Positions 49,722 to 62,415 are shown, counted from the whole stretch's first letter. The stretch is DNA of 62,415 nt, filler included, from Sphacelaria rigidula (GCA_964200075.2; 8 parts of 8 records of this genome joined end to end with filler, not necessarily neighbours in it); one strand, 5' to 3'. Notes: generated from the sequence alone by a model not told the origin. Numbers and translations are program-made.

Positions 49722-50150
49722 AACACGCAATTTTACAAATTGGGCATGGATCTTTTATTGGAGATAAGAACCCGGAGAATTGAAATCTTCGTATCCACAC
49801 CAAATCTTCGAAGTATGGTTCCATTTCTTCCCTTGCTGGTAGTTATTGACAACTACTACACGCCATACAAACGTGGAGTTCGATAACCGAAACATCGGGC
49901 CCCTAGGTGAAAAAACAACTTTGGGGTCCGATAGAACACCTGGAATCCCCCACAAACATTTTTCCACCTAGGACCCTGACATTTCGGTGATCGAAATCCA
50001 AATTTGTATGGCGTGTAGTAGATGTCAATCACCGCCAGCAAGTGAAGAAATGGAAACATACTTCATATATTTGGTGTGGATACGAAGAATTGAATTCTCT
50101 GGGTTCTCATCCCCAATAAAATATCCACCCCCAATGTAAAATCCCGTGTT
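49722..50150. mobile_element. ~430-bp near-complete fold-back palindrome (MITE); a fragment of the same family lies at 1-50
   Basis: ~205-bp arms around a ~20-nt loop, e.g. TCTTCGTATCCACACCAAAT / ATTTGGTGTGGATACGAAGA and CTACTACACGCCATACAAA / TTTGTATGGCGTGTAGTAG. Confidence 0.9.
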
Positions 50151-51243
50151 AACAGCCTCGAGATCTATTCGGAATGTTTTCACTGTAGTTGTCAAACTTT
50201 AGGCAAAACATTCTCCACCCGAAGCGATTTTTCAGGATTTTCGGGTACGACGGCTCATTACGGTTCCTGTTTGTCACTAAAGTTTGAGAATCGAGAGACA
50301 TGAGTACCCGACACAATTCCCCAGAGAACATATTTTCTGAGACCAACCACCAAATTTGAACGTAATACGGGCTCACCGGCCTTTGGAGGTCGTACCAGTG
50401 TGCAGCCCCCAGTTCTTGTTAATTGATATTTTCGCATGACCAAATCGATCCGGATAGTTTATTGGACAAGTCAATACCTCCAGTTTCTCTATTTTCTCGA
50501 TATTCATTGCGCTACAGCCCATAAGAAATGTTTTTCAATCATATGCGGTCAATAACACCCCCTCGATGAACGGAGTTTTATTCCGCATCGTTCCGACAAC
50601 ACGCAATTAAGAAACATGTCTCGAGCACACCCTGCTTCATTTCTCAATACCTATGGACTCTCAAACTCTCGAGCGAAGATGACATGTCGTCTGTGAGAAA
50701 ATCCTCACTGAGTGACTACCATATTTCTAAGTTCGAGTTTGACTGCAGTAGCCAGTCCGCCGATCGGTTCAAACTGCAGAAAACTGGGAAATGCCCACGA
50801 TATTGTTCTTGCGGTTTATGTTGACGCTGAGAAACGCTGCCCTCAGAATCAAACTACTGGTTATCGATACGCTGCTCGCTTCTCAATTTCGTCGTTTCCC
50901 TTTTTTTTCGACAAAAACTACCCTCTCCACGAGTTTCCATCGGTTACTAGTATTTCCGTCCGTTTCACCTGGGTAGGGGCATTTTGATGACCACGGGCTG
51001 CATTCGTGGCGAATCGGTTAATGTGCCATGATTCATCAAATCAGCAAGCTAATCAAAATTCATTGCTAGAGCGCCCTCAGATTTACGGCAGAGACGGGTA
51101 ATTCTTCATCGGATGAAAATGATGCCGGCTCAACAGATGAGCACCCTGGGCGTTGAAAATCATCAACTAAGGCTTGGTCGAGATACGCAGTAGTTATTAC
51201 TATTCAGACGGCTGATTTTCGGATGAAACAAGGAATGACACAC

Positions 51244-51491
51244 CTCTCGATCCCAAGCACCACAGACGAAACGTTTTCCCAGACCCAAATTTCGTGCGGA
51301 GGGCGGGCTGTCAGGGAGGAGTACAGAGACTCTAAATCCCAGTAATCAGGCTGTGAGACATGGTCAGACTTTTGTAGATGAAGTTGATGCAGGCGTCGAG
51401 AGTACGTTCCAGGACTCGGAGCAAGGGTGCGCACTCTTGTTTTTCGAGCCATTTGTACGGGTTGACCGCGAGTTAGAAACATCAGACTAAC
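51244..51491 (-). CDS. Candidate internal exon of an unknown protein
   Basis: Acceptor CACCAG|, donor GAG|GTGTGT, open frame VSLMFLTRGQ...HEIWVWENVSSVVLGIE. A phase-compatible upstream candidate lies at 51822-51911. Confidence 0.35.
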
Positions 51492-52833
51492 CTGGTGATC
51501 GAAACAATCACAAGTGAGATGCCTACCTTTTTCAAGTTCTTTGGAAAGAGTGCCGCAACCTGTTGGAGGGGGTAGGGTGGGAAAAGGACAGTTCACTAAG
51601 CCGGCCGTCTGTGTACGTTGGAGCACTCCTACAGCTAATGCAGCAGCTTGTAGACGCCCCCATACTGTTTATATCATGTTTTCCGGGCCAATATGTATAT
51701 TATGATATGTGAGCGTTTCCGCAAGGCAAGAATAAGTGGGGGGAGGGACGGTCGTGTGTGTCGGGGGGGGGGATCTGGTGCCTAGACAGAGATGAGCAAC
51801 CTTGTGCTTGGAAGCGGTTTTTTCAGGTTTTTCGGGAGAGGGCAAATAGCGCTGAGTTACAGATAGGTGGGGAGCGGAGCTGTTTGAAGGTTTCGGCAGG
51901 ATGAAGCTCATGTTCGTCGCTGGCGTCGGTCCCGGTGTAATGCGTTAGAGGACCGCGTGCTTAAAGGACTGCATCAGAATTTAAACACCCATATGGCTAG
52001 GGCTAGGGTTAGGATTAGTTTTGGGGTTGGGGTCAGGGGCGTGGTACCTGCAGAGACTGACCCGATTGATTTTGAAAAAAGTCGATCCCGAGGTGTTTTG
52101 GGCTACGATGCGGTCTTCCAAGTGTGCGGCCCTCTCACACATTACACTGGTACCATTGCTTGGTTCGGAGGCTTCTTGATGCTCCCAATCTCACTACGGA
52201 CTCGCTACCAATCTGATGTCACCGACAACTACGCTACGGGCTGCCCGCTGCTCTCTTATCAGTACGCAGGTGAAGCTCGTGAGTTTTGAGCATGCTTACG
52301 GAATGTGGCCCGGTTCGTTTCTGTATTTCTACCCTCGTACTGCACCTAGCCGTTTTCCTGTTTGGGGTGTTCGTCACACTTTCAATCCCTGCTCTTTCTC
52401 GGGGCCAATCCTGGGTTTCACGGGATGAAGTCATACCTCCCCCAGCGCAAGTGCCACAATACACTTTGGTGTTGCGGATTGGATCAGCCCAGTCGCACCG
52501 CGTTGACCCTCTCAAGCAACCTTCCTTTGCTACTCGCGCGCCTTCGCGTTTTCAACGACCAAACCATGATAAAAGTACTGTACTCCTCAGACAAAAATCC
52601 AAAATATAGCTGGCGCAGTTCGGATGGGCACTCTCCCGACTTAAGTCGTTTCATTCAAAAGACTTGGAACACCGATGCATGGCGGCACCATGACGAATCA
52701 CGGTGAACGCTTGATACCAAAAGTCGGGGATGGAGAGGTGGTGATGCTCGAAACAAATCCTGCATGGAAAATCAATTCCATTGTACAATTGGAATGGCTG
52801 ATGTGCGAGCCGGTCGTCGGGGGTCCTACAAGC

Positions 52834-52890
<57 letters not shown>

Positions 52891-53902
52891 ATCGTACGTA
52901 ATCTGATCCCCAAGAGATACAGCCATGGTCAATATCCACAACATGGACGTACAGCAGCACTCGCTCAAGGAAACTCGACAAATGGAGACGACAAGAGAAG
53001 GTGGGGGGGAAACGAAGAGGAGGTTGAACAAACGGGGAAGTGGAGAAAAAAGGCGAGACGAACAAAGCGTAGACAGAAAATTAAAAACTACACAACCCGA
53101 GGATCTGCCTATTCCATACATTCTCTCGATCAAACCAATTCCATTCCACCATTCTGGTGAACAATCGTCCGTGACTGGTGTTGATACTATATAGCTATTT
53201 ATTGTGCCGCAGCCGGGAAGAGAAATATACCCTTTTTAGACCAAGATAATGTGAAGCACTTCCATGGGAACGAACTTCATCTTTTGAACTGTGTTGCCTC
53301 CGACACACAAAGTTGACCGATTCGAGAAATTTCGGATGGAAACGAAAAATAGCGCGCGACAAAATGTCGATTGACTCATTTGTCCGTTTGAATGCTGACT
53401 AGTGTGTAACGAACACGATAATGCATGCGCATATACAAGTACAAGCTGGTTCACGCTCATCACACAAAATTGTGTCATCAGCAATTGACTTACAGTAGTT
53501 TTCAGCTGAATCAGGGGAGTTTTGTAGTTTTGCCGTAGTCGGAGTTTTTTCAATCGCCGATTCGCGTGACACCGCTCAACCCAGTGAACGTTTGATTCCC
53601 AAGTTGAAGGATCGGGAAATACTTGGCATCCACTCCACGTTCCGAATCAAAAATCATACTCGCGTTCAACATGAAACGACTTACGGGTTGAACTGACCGG
53701 GGGTGTTGTTGACCATGTTTGGTCCAGAATATTTGCATCTTCGGCTCTGGCGCGATCGAAAAGTAACAACGCAAATTAAGGGTCTGTAAAAATATTCGCA
53801 AAAGCGATCGGGATTGGGTCACCCTATCCTGTGCTATGCAGAGCTCGGTTGGGCTATTTTCGTCGTTGGATATTTTTAGATTTTGTTTTCTAGTGTTGTA
53901 TT

Positions 53903-54526
53903 TTTCCTTTGCACTCGAAAGTCCTCGCGTCGGTGGATGTTAGGAAAGAAGCAGGCTGTGCTGAGGACCCAATCCTCGATTGGTGTCGTCGGGGTGATAC
54001 GGAGTGAGTGCCTCGTTTATCAGGAGGTGCTATCGACTTTCACTAGTCCTAAACACACACGTTTTCGGCTCTAGCGCAGTGGATAGAGAGAAATTCAAAA
54101 ACGCATTTCTCCTCATTTGTTCACGAGAACGAACAGGATTGCTCCGGCTGAGCAAAAATACCCAAGGGTCAGAATCTGGGGCTGGGTAATCGCAGGACCC
54201 CCGAAAACCACTCAGCGCGCAAGTCGTTCAATATTGAGTGCAGATATGATCTTGTTCTGCAATGTGGAGCGGATATTAGCATCTCCCGATTACCATACTT
54301 TGGAATCAAACGTTCACTGGGATGCACGGTGGCACGTTAAACACTATCGAAATCGCAGGCTGCGGAATAATGACAAAAAAAAACTATTCCGGCTGCGCGC
54401 TGCTGTCCTGCAGTGATCTTCCTTTGCACTCGAGAGTCCTAGCTTTGACAGATGGTAAGAAATGAAGCAGGCGGCGCTCAGGGCACAATTCTCAAGTTGG
54501 TGTTGTCGAGGCGATACAGAGTAAGG
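53903..54526 (+). repeat. Diverged ~105-bp direct repeat (53903-54008 and 54418-54526)
   Basis: Both copies read TTCCTTTGCACTCGA.AGTCCT...GAAGCAGGC...TTGGTGT.GTCG.GG.GATAC.GAGT. Confidence 0.75.
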
Positions 54527-54702
54527 ATATTGGTCATCGGGGGGGGGGGGGGGGGGAAAGACAAGGGTCCAAGGAAGCGGGGGTTTGGGGGGGGGCGAAG
54601 GGNNNNNNNNNNNNNNNNNNNNNNNNNNNNNNNNNNNNNNNNNNNNTTAATTAATTAANNNNNNNNNNNNNNNNNNNNNNNNNNNNNNNNNNNNNNNNNN
54701 NN

Positions 54703-54776
54703 CTTCGAGAATTGAACCCACGACCTAACCGTCAGAAGGTTTCGAGGTTACCAACTGAGCCACCGGGGCGACCGGT
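54703..54776 (-). mobile_element. 5' tRNA-like head of the SINE family, truncated by the contig start
   Basis: The reverse complement reads ACCGGTCGCCCCGGTGGCTCAGTTGGTAACCTCGAAACCTTCTGACGGTTAGGTCGTGGGTTCAATTC. Confidence 0.85.
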
Positions 54777-56194
54777 AGTAGTCTCCGAGGAAAATGCAAG
54801 GTTGGTAAAAAACGCACAGGTATGCTGGAACCGTCTCAACGAGTACAGCAACAGTCTTGCGCGAAAAAAATATCCAATACCGGAATGCCCGCGTAGAAGA
54901 ACCATTTGACAACCTTTCGGCTGATATCAGCCGTGAAGTAGACACAGTTCACACGAGCGGCGGGCTCTACACAAGGGAGTACTGGCCCAGCGCATGGCAT
55001 CGGTGGCAAGCTTTGCTCAAGGCGGGATCGTCGGTGTAGATTTCTGGCTGAAAAAGTGATGATTTCCCGCTAATGGCCGCCTTCAAAAGTGAAAACTTCA
55101 CATAAATTACGGCATGAAAATGTGTCATGTGCTGCACCCCTTTTTTCTCATGTGTAGCTACTGGACAAAGCTACTGTACCGTGCTCGGCAATGCAATCGT
55201 GCACAGTAGTATTCTGTCGCCTGCAGTCCAATACGGCGTGCGCTGGGAACACAACACTAGATGCCCTGTTAATGCCGATATGATCGAAGGCATATCGTTT
55301 GGCGGAGCGATGTGGCGGAACCAAACCCACAGTGCTGGGAAGTACGGTTGTGCACTTGTCCCCACCTCTCCTGTGCTGCCGCAGGGGCGCAGCGGTTACG
55401 CTAGTATGGCTTGGTACGAGGATTATGCGGCGTAACTGCAGCTGGTGTATCTTTCGACAGCTGACTGGTGCCATTTTTGACTTTTGCACTTAGTTTTTGA
55501 TTGTGAAGTCCTCCACCGCCGCTGCAGGCACTAACGTGAAACTTGGTGCACCAGTCGGGCACACCACGGCCAGCGTATGTACCGAAGCACAGCCCCTTCC
55601 CTTCCCCGCGCAAAGTAAACGAAGCGATTTCCGATTTTGGGAAATACCGTCTGTATGCCCTCAAAACGGCCATCTCGCGGCCGAGATTATGTGCACCGTG
55701 AGTGAATGCATATGTGGACATGGTAGCGCATTCACTTCCGCGTCATGACCACCTGGGGGGCTGCAGTGCTCGCAAACAAACATAAATCAGTTCTGGCGCC
55801 GTCTCTGGATAATGACAATATGTAGAAAGCCTATTCCGGTATCGACTTTAGAGATGCTCAGATTTGGAGGCACGGTCGTGTGCGCGCTGTCGTAGCTACT
55901 ATGCGCCGAAACTTCGCTAACATGTCATGTAGACCACAATCAACAAGTCCATGCGTCCAGAGCTGGGGTTGGGCGTTGCAGCAGTGCGCGAGAGGATGAC
56001 AAGAGCTCAATTTCTGTTCCGAAACATATATATATATATATATATTTATTCTTGCGCAAGAATAGCAAGGCATTACAAGGTGTCAAAATCCGCCTAGCTG
56101 TCTTTCAGGGCCTACAACGACGTAAAAGCTCCAAAAACACACTTTTTTAAATTTTTGTTTTTGTCTGCTAGAAGGAGCGGCCTACGGGCGGTTA

Positions 56195-56408
56195 TTAGAG
56201 GTGCCTTAAACTCGGCTCCCGGTATCGTGGTTTGTTTTATTCTATTTTTTCAAGTGAAGGTGATGCCGGTTCATCAGATGATGTGACCCTTTGACCGCCA
56301 GGTCAGGTCCTCCCATGAATCGCGATCACTTTGACTTGGAAAAATAGTACAGAACTCAGAGCCAGCGAATAAACCAGGATACCGGGAGCCGAGTTTGAGA
56401 TACCTCTA
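56195..56408. mobile_element. ~210-bp MITE flanked by TA (Tc1/mariner/Stowaway-like)
   Basis: TA-GAGGT...AAACTCGGCTCCCGGTATC on the left and GATACCGGGAGCCGAGTTT...ACCTC-TA on the right. Confidence 0.75.
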
Positions 56409-58040
56409 TTAGCGGGGTTTGTTATTCACCCATTTTCATCCATTTTCAACCATAAATGATGAAATGATGACAGTGGATGAAAAAAGATGAACGGTGTGAA
56501 ATTGTTGGTTCAAACGGGTGAAATTTCAAAAAGAAGAGTATCAAAAGAAAAATGCAAAAAAATAGTCCGTTGACAGCGGCCGTAAGGATCGTCCTCGATA
56601 GGGCTGTTTTATTCCAGACTTTTTGGGGGGGAGGAGAGGGAGAGGGGGGACTGAAAAATATGACAGCAGATTTCTCCACCAGGGCAAGGAATGGAAAAAA
56701 TTAAGAGTGACTATATACTACTCGGAAGATCTATGGTTGGATATTTTTTCAGACTCTTTCGTTTATTTCGGGACACTATCCGATTTCTGAGAAAAAAATG
56801 CTGATGAAAAAAACAACGCCAGATTTGCCGAGTGACATGTACTCAGTGATGAAATTATATATTTTTTGGCCTGGTGGAAAAATATGCGGTCACATTCTTG
56901 GGGTAGGATTTTTTTTTTTCCGAAAAAATCATGATAAAAACAGCCGGTTAATATCGACCCGAATAAGGACTTTAAGTTGATACGTTTCGGGATTATACAT
57001 GCGGCTATGTGATCATGCATTGGAATCTTTTTGGGCCATCACGGTTGTGCTTATCTAAGTGAATCGTGTGGCATTAACGTGCGTTTGCTTCTTGTACGTT
57101 GATACTGGTGTGCATACCGAATATACTCAGTGCAGCTGTACTGCAAGACATGAAGATGGGAAGTCCTGTCAGTACGAATCGGAATCCTTCTAAAGCCATG
57201 TGCTGCTCCACGAATAGGTCATTCCAGTTAACATACGTTCGCTTCATATACTCGAATAGTGGTGTGCATGTCAAGCATAGGCAATGCATAAGCTATCTCG
57301 CACTCAATTTTATGTAAAGGTGTGTGACTGAATGACGTTTACTTTACCACTAGCACATCGGCAATCGCTCCTTCCCTGTCGTGTCTACACTTTACTTGCA
57401 GCTAAATAATTATAGGTTCGGGTCGTCCCTACAGCAAGCGGCACTGGCTCCTGTCTTCTGTATCTGGGCAATCACCGAGCTGCACCGCTTCTACTTTGGT
57501 TACAAAGGAAACATCAAAGAGATGGCAAGCACAGTGTCAGGTCTTGAGCTCCAACCCTAACACAGCGGGGGTGGCTTGTCTGGTTCACGGAGTGCACCAT
57601 TCCCATTCTCATGTTGTCGTTGGTAGCAATGGTAGTCTCATGGGTGAATATTCATCGCTCTTGGTTTGGCACATGAATTGTTTACCTAGTGGGTCAATTC
57701 TTCCGGACCCCGAACCGCAAAAGGTTATACTCGGGGTACGCGAGACAGAACAGCGGGCTATACCCTCTGGTTGCACAAGCGCCACGCTCCCCAGGCGGTT
57801 GACGGCACCTCCTCTCAATATAAGCCGCCAAACTGAACAACATGTTCATCAGAAGTTCTGAACGGAAATTACCACCCCACTCAGCAGCCCACAATACCAA
57901 TAACCGCAGAACGCAGCACACACTATGCCTGCGGTCCGTCGAGATGCTTGAAGAGCCAACATTATGGACCAGCCAATACACCGTAGCTCGCAGAATAACG
58001 CGGGATTTCACAAATTGATGATTTTTTTTATATATATATA

Positions 58041-58362
58041 AACCTTGGGAGCCTTCATCAGCATAGAAATGTTGTTGAAAACAAAATGCAAATGCACCAT
58101 GCGGCCGTGATGTGTGGCCTCGCTAACCCCCCCCCCAAAAAACGTCCGCAATTTGTAAAATCCTATGTTAAGCAGGGGTTCTGACAAATATGTTTTCCTG
58201 TACGGGAATGAGCGGAAGTCGAAATTGTTCGGAATAGACACGGGATGTTACAAAATACGGATGGATCATTTTTAGGATGAGCGAGGCCACACATCACGAC
58301 CGGATAGTGCCTTTTCACATAAATTTCGAAAATACTTCGATGCTTAAGACAGTTCCCAAGGT
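58041..58362. mobile_element. ~320-bp palindromic MITE
   Basis: Arms AACCTTGGGA / TCCCAAGGTT and CGTGATGTGTGGCCTCGCT / AGCGAGGCCACACATCACG. Confidence 0.75.
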
Positions 58363-58429
58363 TCATCCTCGAAACAAGATCCACCCTCAATCACGTGTTG
58401 AGTGCACGATACTATACTGTGTCCAATAG

Positions 58430-60450
58430 TGAAGAGAATTCAGCGAAGGACGGGCGAGGAGCGGAAATGGAGTTCCGAATTACCGGCTTATCATATATAT
58501 GCGTGGCGTGATAGGTGGGTGTACCCAGACGGTAGGTGTTCGGGGCGTGTGACGGTCCAGCCTATCACTACAGAGTTCGGCAGCAGAATACCGAAATTAA
58601 AATGAGCTAGTATTCAATGTGTCATACTCTGGAATTTTATGAAGGTATTGTAACGCTCGATAACTGCCCCCATTTCACCTCACACTCCTTGCACTCTGCG
58701 GTCTCCGTGCACCCTTTTCCATCTCTGCCCTCGCTTCAGGTACCGCACATGTGCGCTTTTCTCCTGACAACGTTCTTCCCGCAGATGTTCTGTCTGTTGT
58801 TCCTGGCGTTTTTTCAAGAGCATCGATTTCCGGCGGACCCGATTATTGGCTCGATATCCATTGGATTTCTCGTGAGTCAGAGGCAAGGGTGATTGAGCAC
58901 GATAAAGAGATGCTGTGTTGGGAGAGGTACCTTTTTGTCGATAGCGCCACCTCTATGGCGTTAAACACTAACCCTGCTGCGTCGCTCTCTTCAGTTGCCG
59001 ATGACGGTCAGTATGGTAACACATATACGAGCATTGGGTAGGTATTGCGGAAGGCATTCATTTGCTGGTGACCGAATTTTGGATAACAAGCGTGAACCAG
59101 CTCGTATCAGTATTCACAGTACAGTACTACTAGAAGAATGCTGCTTTGACGTCGAGACTTAGTGACTCTTTCCGTGTCAGTATGGTTGTTGATACATTCC
59201 TAAGCTCTCTTCTCTTTGGTGTATCAAACTTTGCATGGCGCCTACCCACCCGCCAGCGACACGATGTGAATGTTTCGTCAGACCGTGAGGTCTAACCTCT
59301 CAGCGAATCGAAGAGCGCAAAACAAACGGGACACGAAAAATGCCAAGCTCATTGATACTTCTGGTGCGACAATGCGTCACGTGAATCGTCCTACTTTGAT
59401 ATAAGCGCTGAAACATCTTCCGTTCGACCACTGATTACTCCCTCGCCAACCGACAGGCATACCCCCCACTCTTGCGCAGACTATGCGACTCACCTGTTCT
59501 AGCACGCACTGCGTGGTCGGCACTCTTGTATGTTTCACACAGGGGCAGCGATGAAGTTACTCCGTGTGCTTTATACCTTCTGCACTCCCCACGAATATCC
59601 TGGGCCCATAGGTGATACTCCTCGACGAATAATGCGTGCTGCACTTTTCGCTATTCCGTATCGACTGCGAGTATCCATGTTGGATCAGTAAGGTACTGCA
59701 GTAACCCGGCACAAAGATTCCCACTACAGCGTGCCCAGGCCATAGGCCAGAACTACTTAGACCACACAATGAAAGTCGGGAACGAGTGATGGCCTATTTA
59801 AAGTCCATCTCGTGCAGCTGCTCCACCTAAATCAGCACTATGTTTTGATCGCCGGGCATCGACATTCACGCATTCGCAAGGTACAAGCTAGGTCATGTCA
59901 ACCATCGACTGTTTGTTCGTGTTGCCCTTTGACATTCGTCGGATACCAGGCATCGGAGATGGCGGTCGGCTACTACGGAATCAAGGCAATCATCAATAAG
60001 CGCACTGCGCAGTTCTTCCGCGTGGCACAGGAGGAGTACGTGTCTAGACGAGAGCATGGCGACCACCCTCGCTTCTTGTAGCATATGTTATATGTCGGCC
60101 GTGCTTGGAGGTAATATGTGGATATATGCCGGCCGTGCTTTTGCGCTTGGGTACACACACGTCGATATTGGTACCTTGCGTGGGATATTGAGGCAGACGT
60201 CCCGTCACGATGATGACAGTACTCGCCTCAGGGCATCCGTCCGTTGGCCCTGTGTGTAACTAGAGTGAAGTGACGTATATAGTGGCACTGCGCTCCCTCT
60301 ACTGCGTATAGGGGTGGGATTCGAAGCGCGAGGTCTTATCGCTTGTTATTTGCTCGATCATGAGAATGTTGAGATATATGACGATTGTGGACCTGTTAAA
60401 CTGACGGGAACTTTCCTCCGAATAGATGACAATGCTGGCAAAGGGAACGA
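58430..60450 (+). pseudogene. Degenerate multi-exon gene relic, tentatively a P-superfamily-like transposase
   Basis: Exon-like blocks with AG/GT borders at 58785-59006, 59543-~59774 and 59950-60110 contain in-frame stops and frameshifts. The first two are phase-compatible. Confidence 0.3.
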
Positions 60451-61019
60451 CTAGGCGATGCTTTCGGCACCGGAGACGAGGCTTGGAGGGAAACGTGTCT
60501 AAAGTATCGGTAATCTATACCTCTGGATCTTACTGGCAGTCGTGTATGTTTCCGGTAAAGCTGTTCGCAACGCCAAGTGGGCGCAGCACTGAATTTCCAC
60601 CGCTGTCCTTTTGACAAATTCCAGGTGGTGGCTGGCTAGCGGGAGTCACTGGACGCATGTAGGTAAAGCAAGTTCTCAGCAATTGGTTCGTGGAGGACTT
60701 CTGCCTTTTGTTCTGTGGCGATGCAATACTCTTCTTCCCGGCCGTGCCGATATCGATAATAGGTTTGATACTTTCTGCGATAGCCCCCCCCCCAAAGGGT
60801 ATGGTTTCCGGAGGCAAATTCTTCACGTCAATCGAAATAGAAATAGCCGAGCACAACGAGCAGCTGGGAATTCCCACGCCTGAGTTTGTTCTCGCCAATG
60901 TCGCCAATATAAGGCGCTACAGTCAGCCTGAACGCAAACATCAGGCGCTGTATCACCATTTTTTTCGTGTCACTTTTGGGCTGGTTTTGAGGGAGGGGTA
61001 TCATAGAAATTGTCGTTTA

Positions 61020-61027
61020 TTGTTGTT

Positions 61028-61064
<37 letters not shown>

Positions 61065-61140
61065 TTGTCGTTGTCGTCGTTGCTGTGGTGATAGTGATGG
61101 TGATGGTGGTAGTTGTCGTCGTCGTCTTCGATGTTGTTGC
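61020..61140. repeat. (GTT/GTC/GTG) compound microsatellite
   Basis: Read directly from the sequence. Confidence 0.9.
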
Positions 61141-61690
61141 TCACAAGAATAAGGCAGCTGAAGATGGATATCAACAACCGTGTTTCTGCCTGGCCATCAA
61201 AGCTCTTTTTTTCGCGCCGTCTTGAAACGCCGCCTTTATAGGGTGGAAAGAAGAGGGGAAAATGTTCTAGGCACGGCAAAGGCTTGACGATTTTTCTTTC
61301 TACATCTACGTACCCACTTTCTTATGTTGGACCTCTCGGGCCGGGGAAAGGATACCAGACCATCACCACCCCCCCCTCCTCCCAGATTCCAGAAGTTCCT
61401 ATTTGTACCGATCCCCTAATGGGTCAAGTACAAAAGGGTGGGGCGTCGGAGGTGAGCACCTCCCCTGGTGAGGGAGGGGGGGGGGTACTCACTTGTTGCT
61501 TGCCTTCATCGTTTGACCATGGACCCTATATCTCTTCCGAGACGGAGCACAGTTCCTCCTCCTAATAGAGACATCTCCAACATTCGGGCGCTCACTACGT
61601 TTCTTCCATGCATTACCCAAAAACTTTTTACATATCTTATTCCCCTCCTGTTTCGCCATCTGTGGCCACCACCTATCTCTTACTATAGCG

Positions 61691-62040
61691 ATCGCCCGGG
61701 TGTTTCAATCGGTAACCTCGAAACCTTCTGACGGTAGGGTCGTGGGTTAGAAATCTCGGAGCGATCTGGGATTTTTTCTCACAATGCTCGACAGTGGACA
61801 GCGACCATGTCATGGGTACAAAAAATTCGAGTTCATGGTCGACGAGGGAAAGGGACTGCTGGACCCCTTTCGGGATAAAAATATAAAAGGCAAGCACCGC
61901 AGAAGGAAGGTGGAGTACCGAAACAAAACAAATGGGGAAAAACTCCTGTGTTGGCCCTCCTTCTGTGTAACCCAGGCTGGTGCGCCCACATATATCGAAA
62001 GGTGTAGACCGACGTCCAGAATAGATGGGAGGACAACACA
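61691..62040 (+). mobile_element. Full-length tRNA-derived SINE inserted into a LINE family A fragment
   Basis: Collinear with 30691-31060, with ATAGCGATCG duplicated at 61685-61694 and 62040-62049. Confidence 0.85.
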
Positions 62041-62415
62041 TAGCGATCGTTCTCTCGCTGCTGCCTGACGTACCAAACGATTACGTGCCACCTTCGTTTA
62101 CTTCCCACATTTCTCCCTCTAGCACGTCCCGTTCCTCCTTGTATACCTCACATTTTGCCACTACGTGAGTTCTTCTCTCCATTGCTTTGCCACAGGCACA
62201 ATTCTGTGCACCTTCCTCCTCCGCCGGACTACTGGTATACCTCCTTTGTCTTTCTAGCAGATCCAGGTCCCCCACCCGGAATCTCACAACTTTTTCGGGT
62301 AGTCGGTCGGGCCGTGCAGATGTATCTTCATCCCTATACCTTCTTTCAATCCCCCGTATACCGTCAGGTGCTCGTCACGGGGGGGGGGGGGCAGATGCAC
62401 GTGTTGGATGTGTTA

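Noticed and set aside
51995..52030. Telomere repeat (GGCTAGGGCTAGGGTTAGGATTAG)
   Set aside because: Only a few degenerate units, internal to the contig and part of a dispersed repeat also seen at 37525-37650.
54703..54776. tRNA genes at 15631, 30691, 54703 and 61691
   Set aside because: There is no closing acceptor stem, the anticodon arm is broken, and a shared 300-bp body follows, so these are SINE heads.
1..62415. Endogenous giant-virus genes, Fanzor/TnpB or prokaryotic operons
   Set aside because: I saw no long intronless ORFs, RuvC/zinc-finger motif sets or gene-dense tracts on either strand.

Overview
This is not one contiguous locus. It is eight unplaced eukaryotic contigs of 7715, 7715, 7715, 7715, 7714, 7714, 7714 and 7713 bp, sorted by size and joined by an artificial 100-bp spacer (44 N + TTAATTAATTAA + 44 N), so adjacency across spacers has no biological meaning. 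The gene-poor, intron-rich, repeat-dense sequence looks like a brown-algal (Phaeophyceae-type) nuclear genome; that assignment is my inference from repeat and exon style. Well-supported content: an intact tRNA-Lys(CTT); four phase-compatible 3' exons of a minus-strand gene containing a WASP/WAVE-like central-acidic motif; several isolated exons (PPR-like, membrane, signal-peptide); a tRNA-derived SINE (4 copies, one nested in a LINE with a 10-bp target-site duplication, TSD); 3' ends of at least three LINE-like families; an LTR with a tRNA primer-binding site (PBS); many MITE/fold-back palindromes; a 42-bp palindrome-headed minisatellite; and microsatellites. The most intriguing leads are a shared TGAGTAC+oligo(C) terminus in two unrelated retroposon families, the internal Arp2/3 CA-like motif, a possible intron-containing P-like transposase relic, and the 42-bp array. 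I found no CRISPR array or other complete novel system that I can support.
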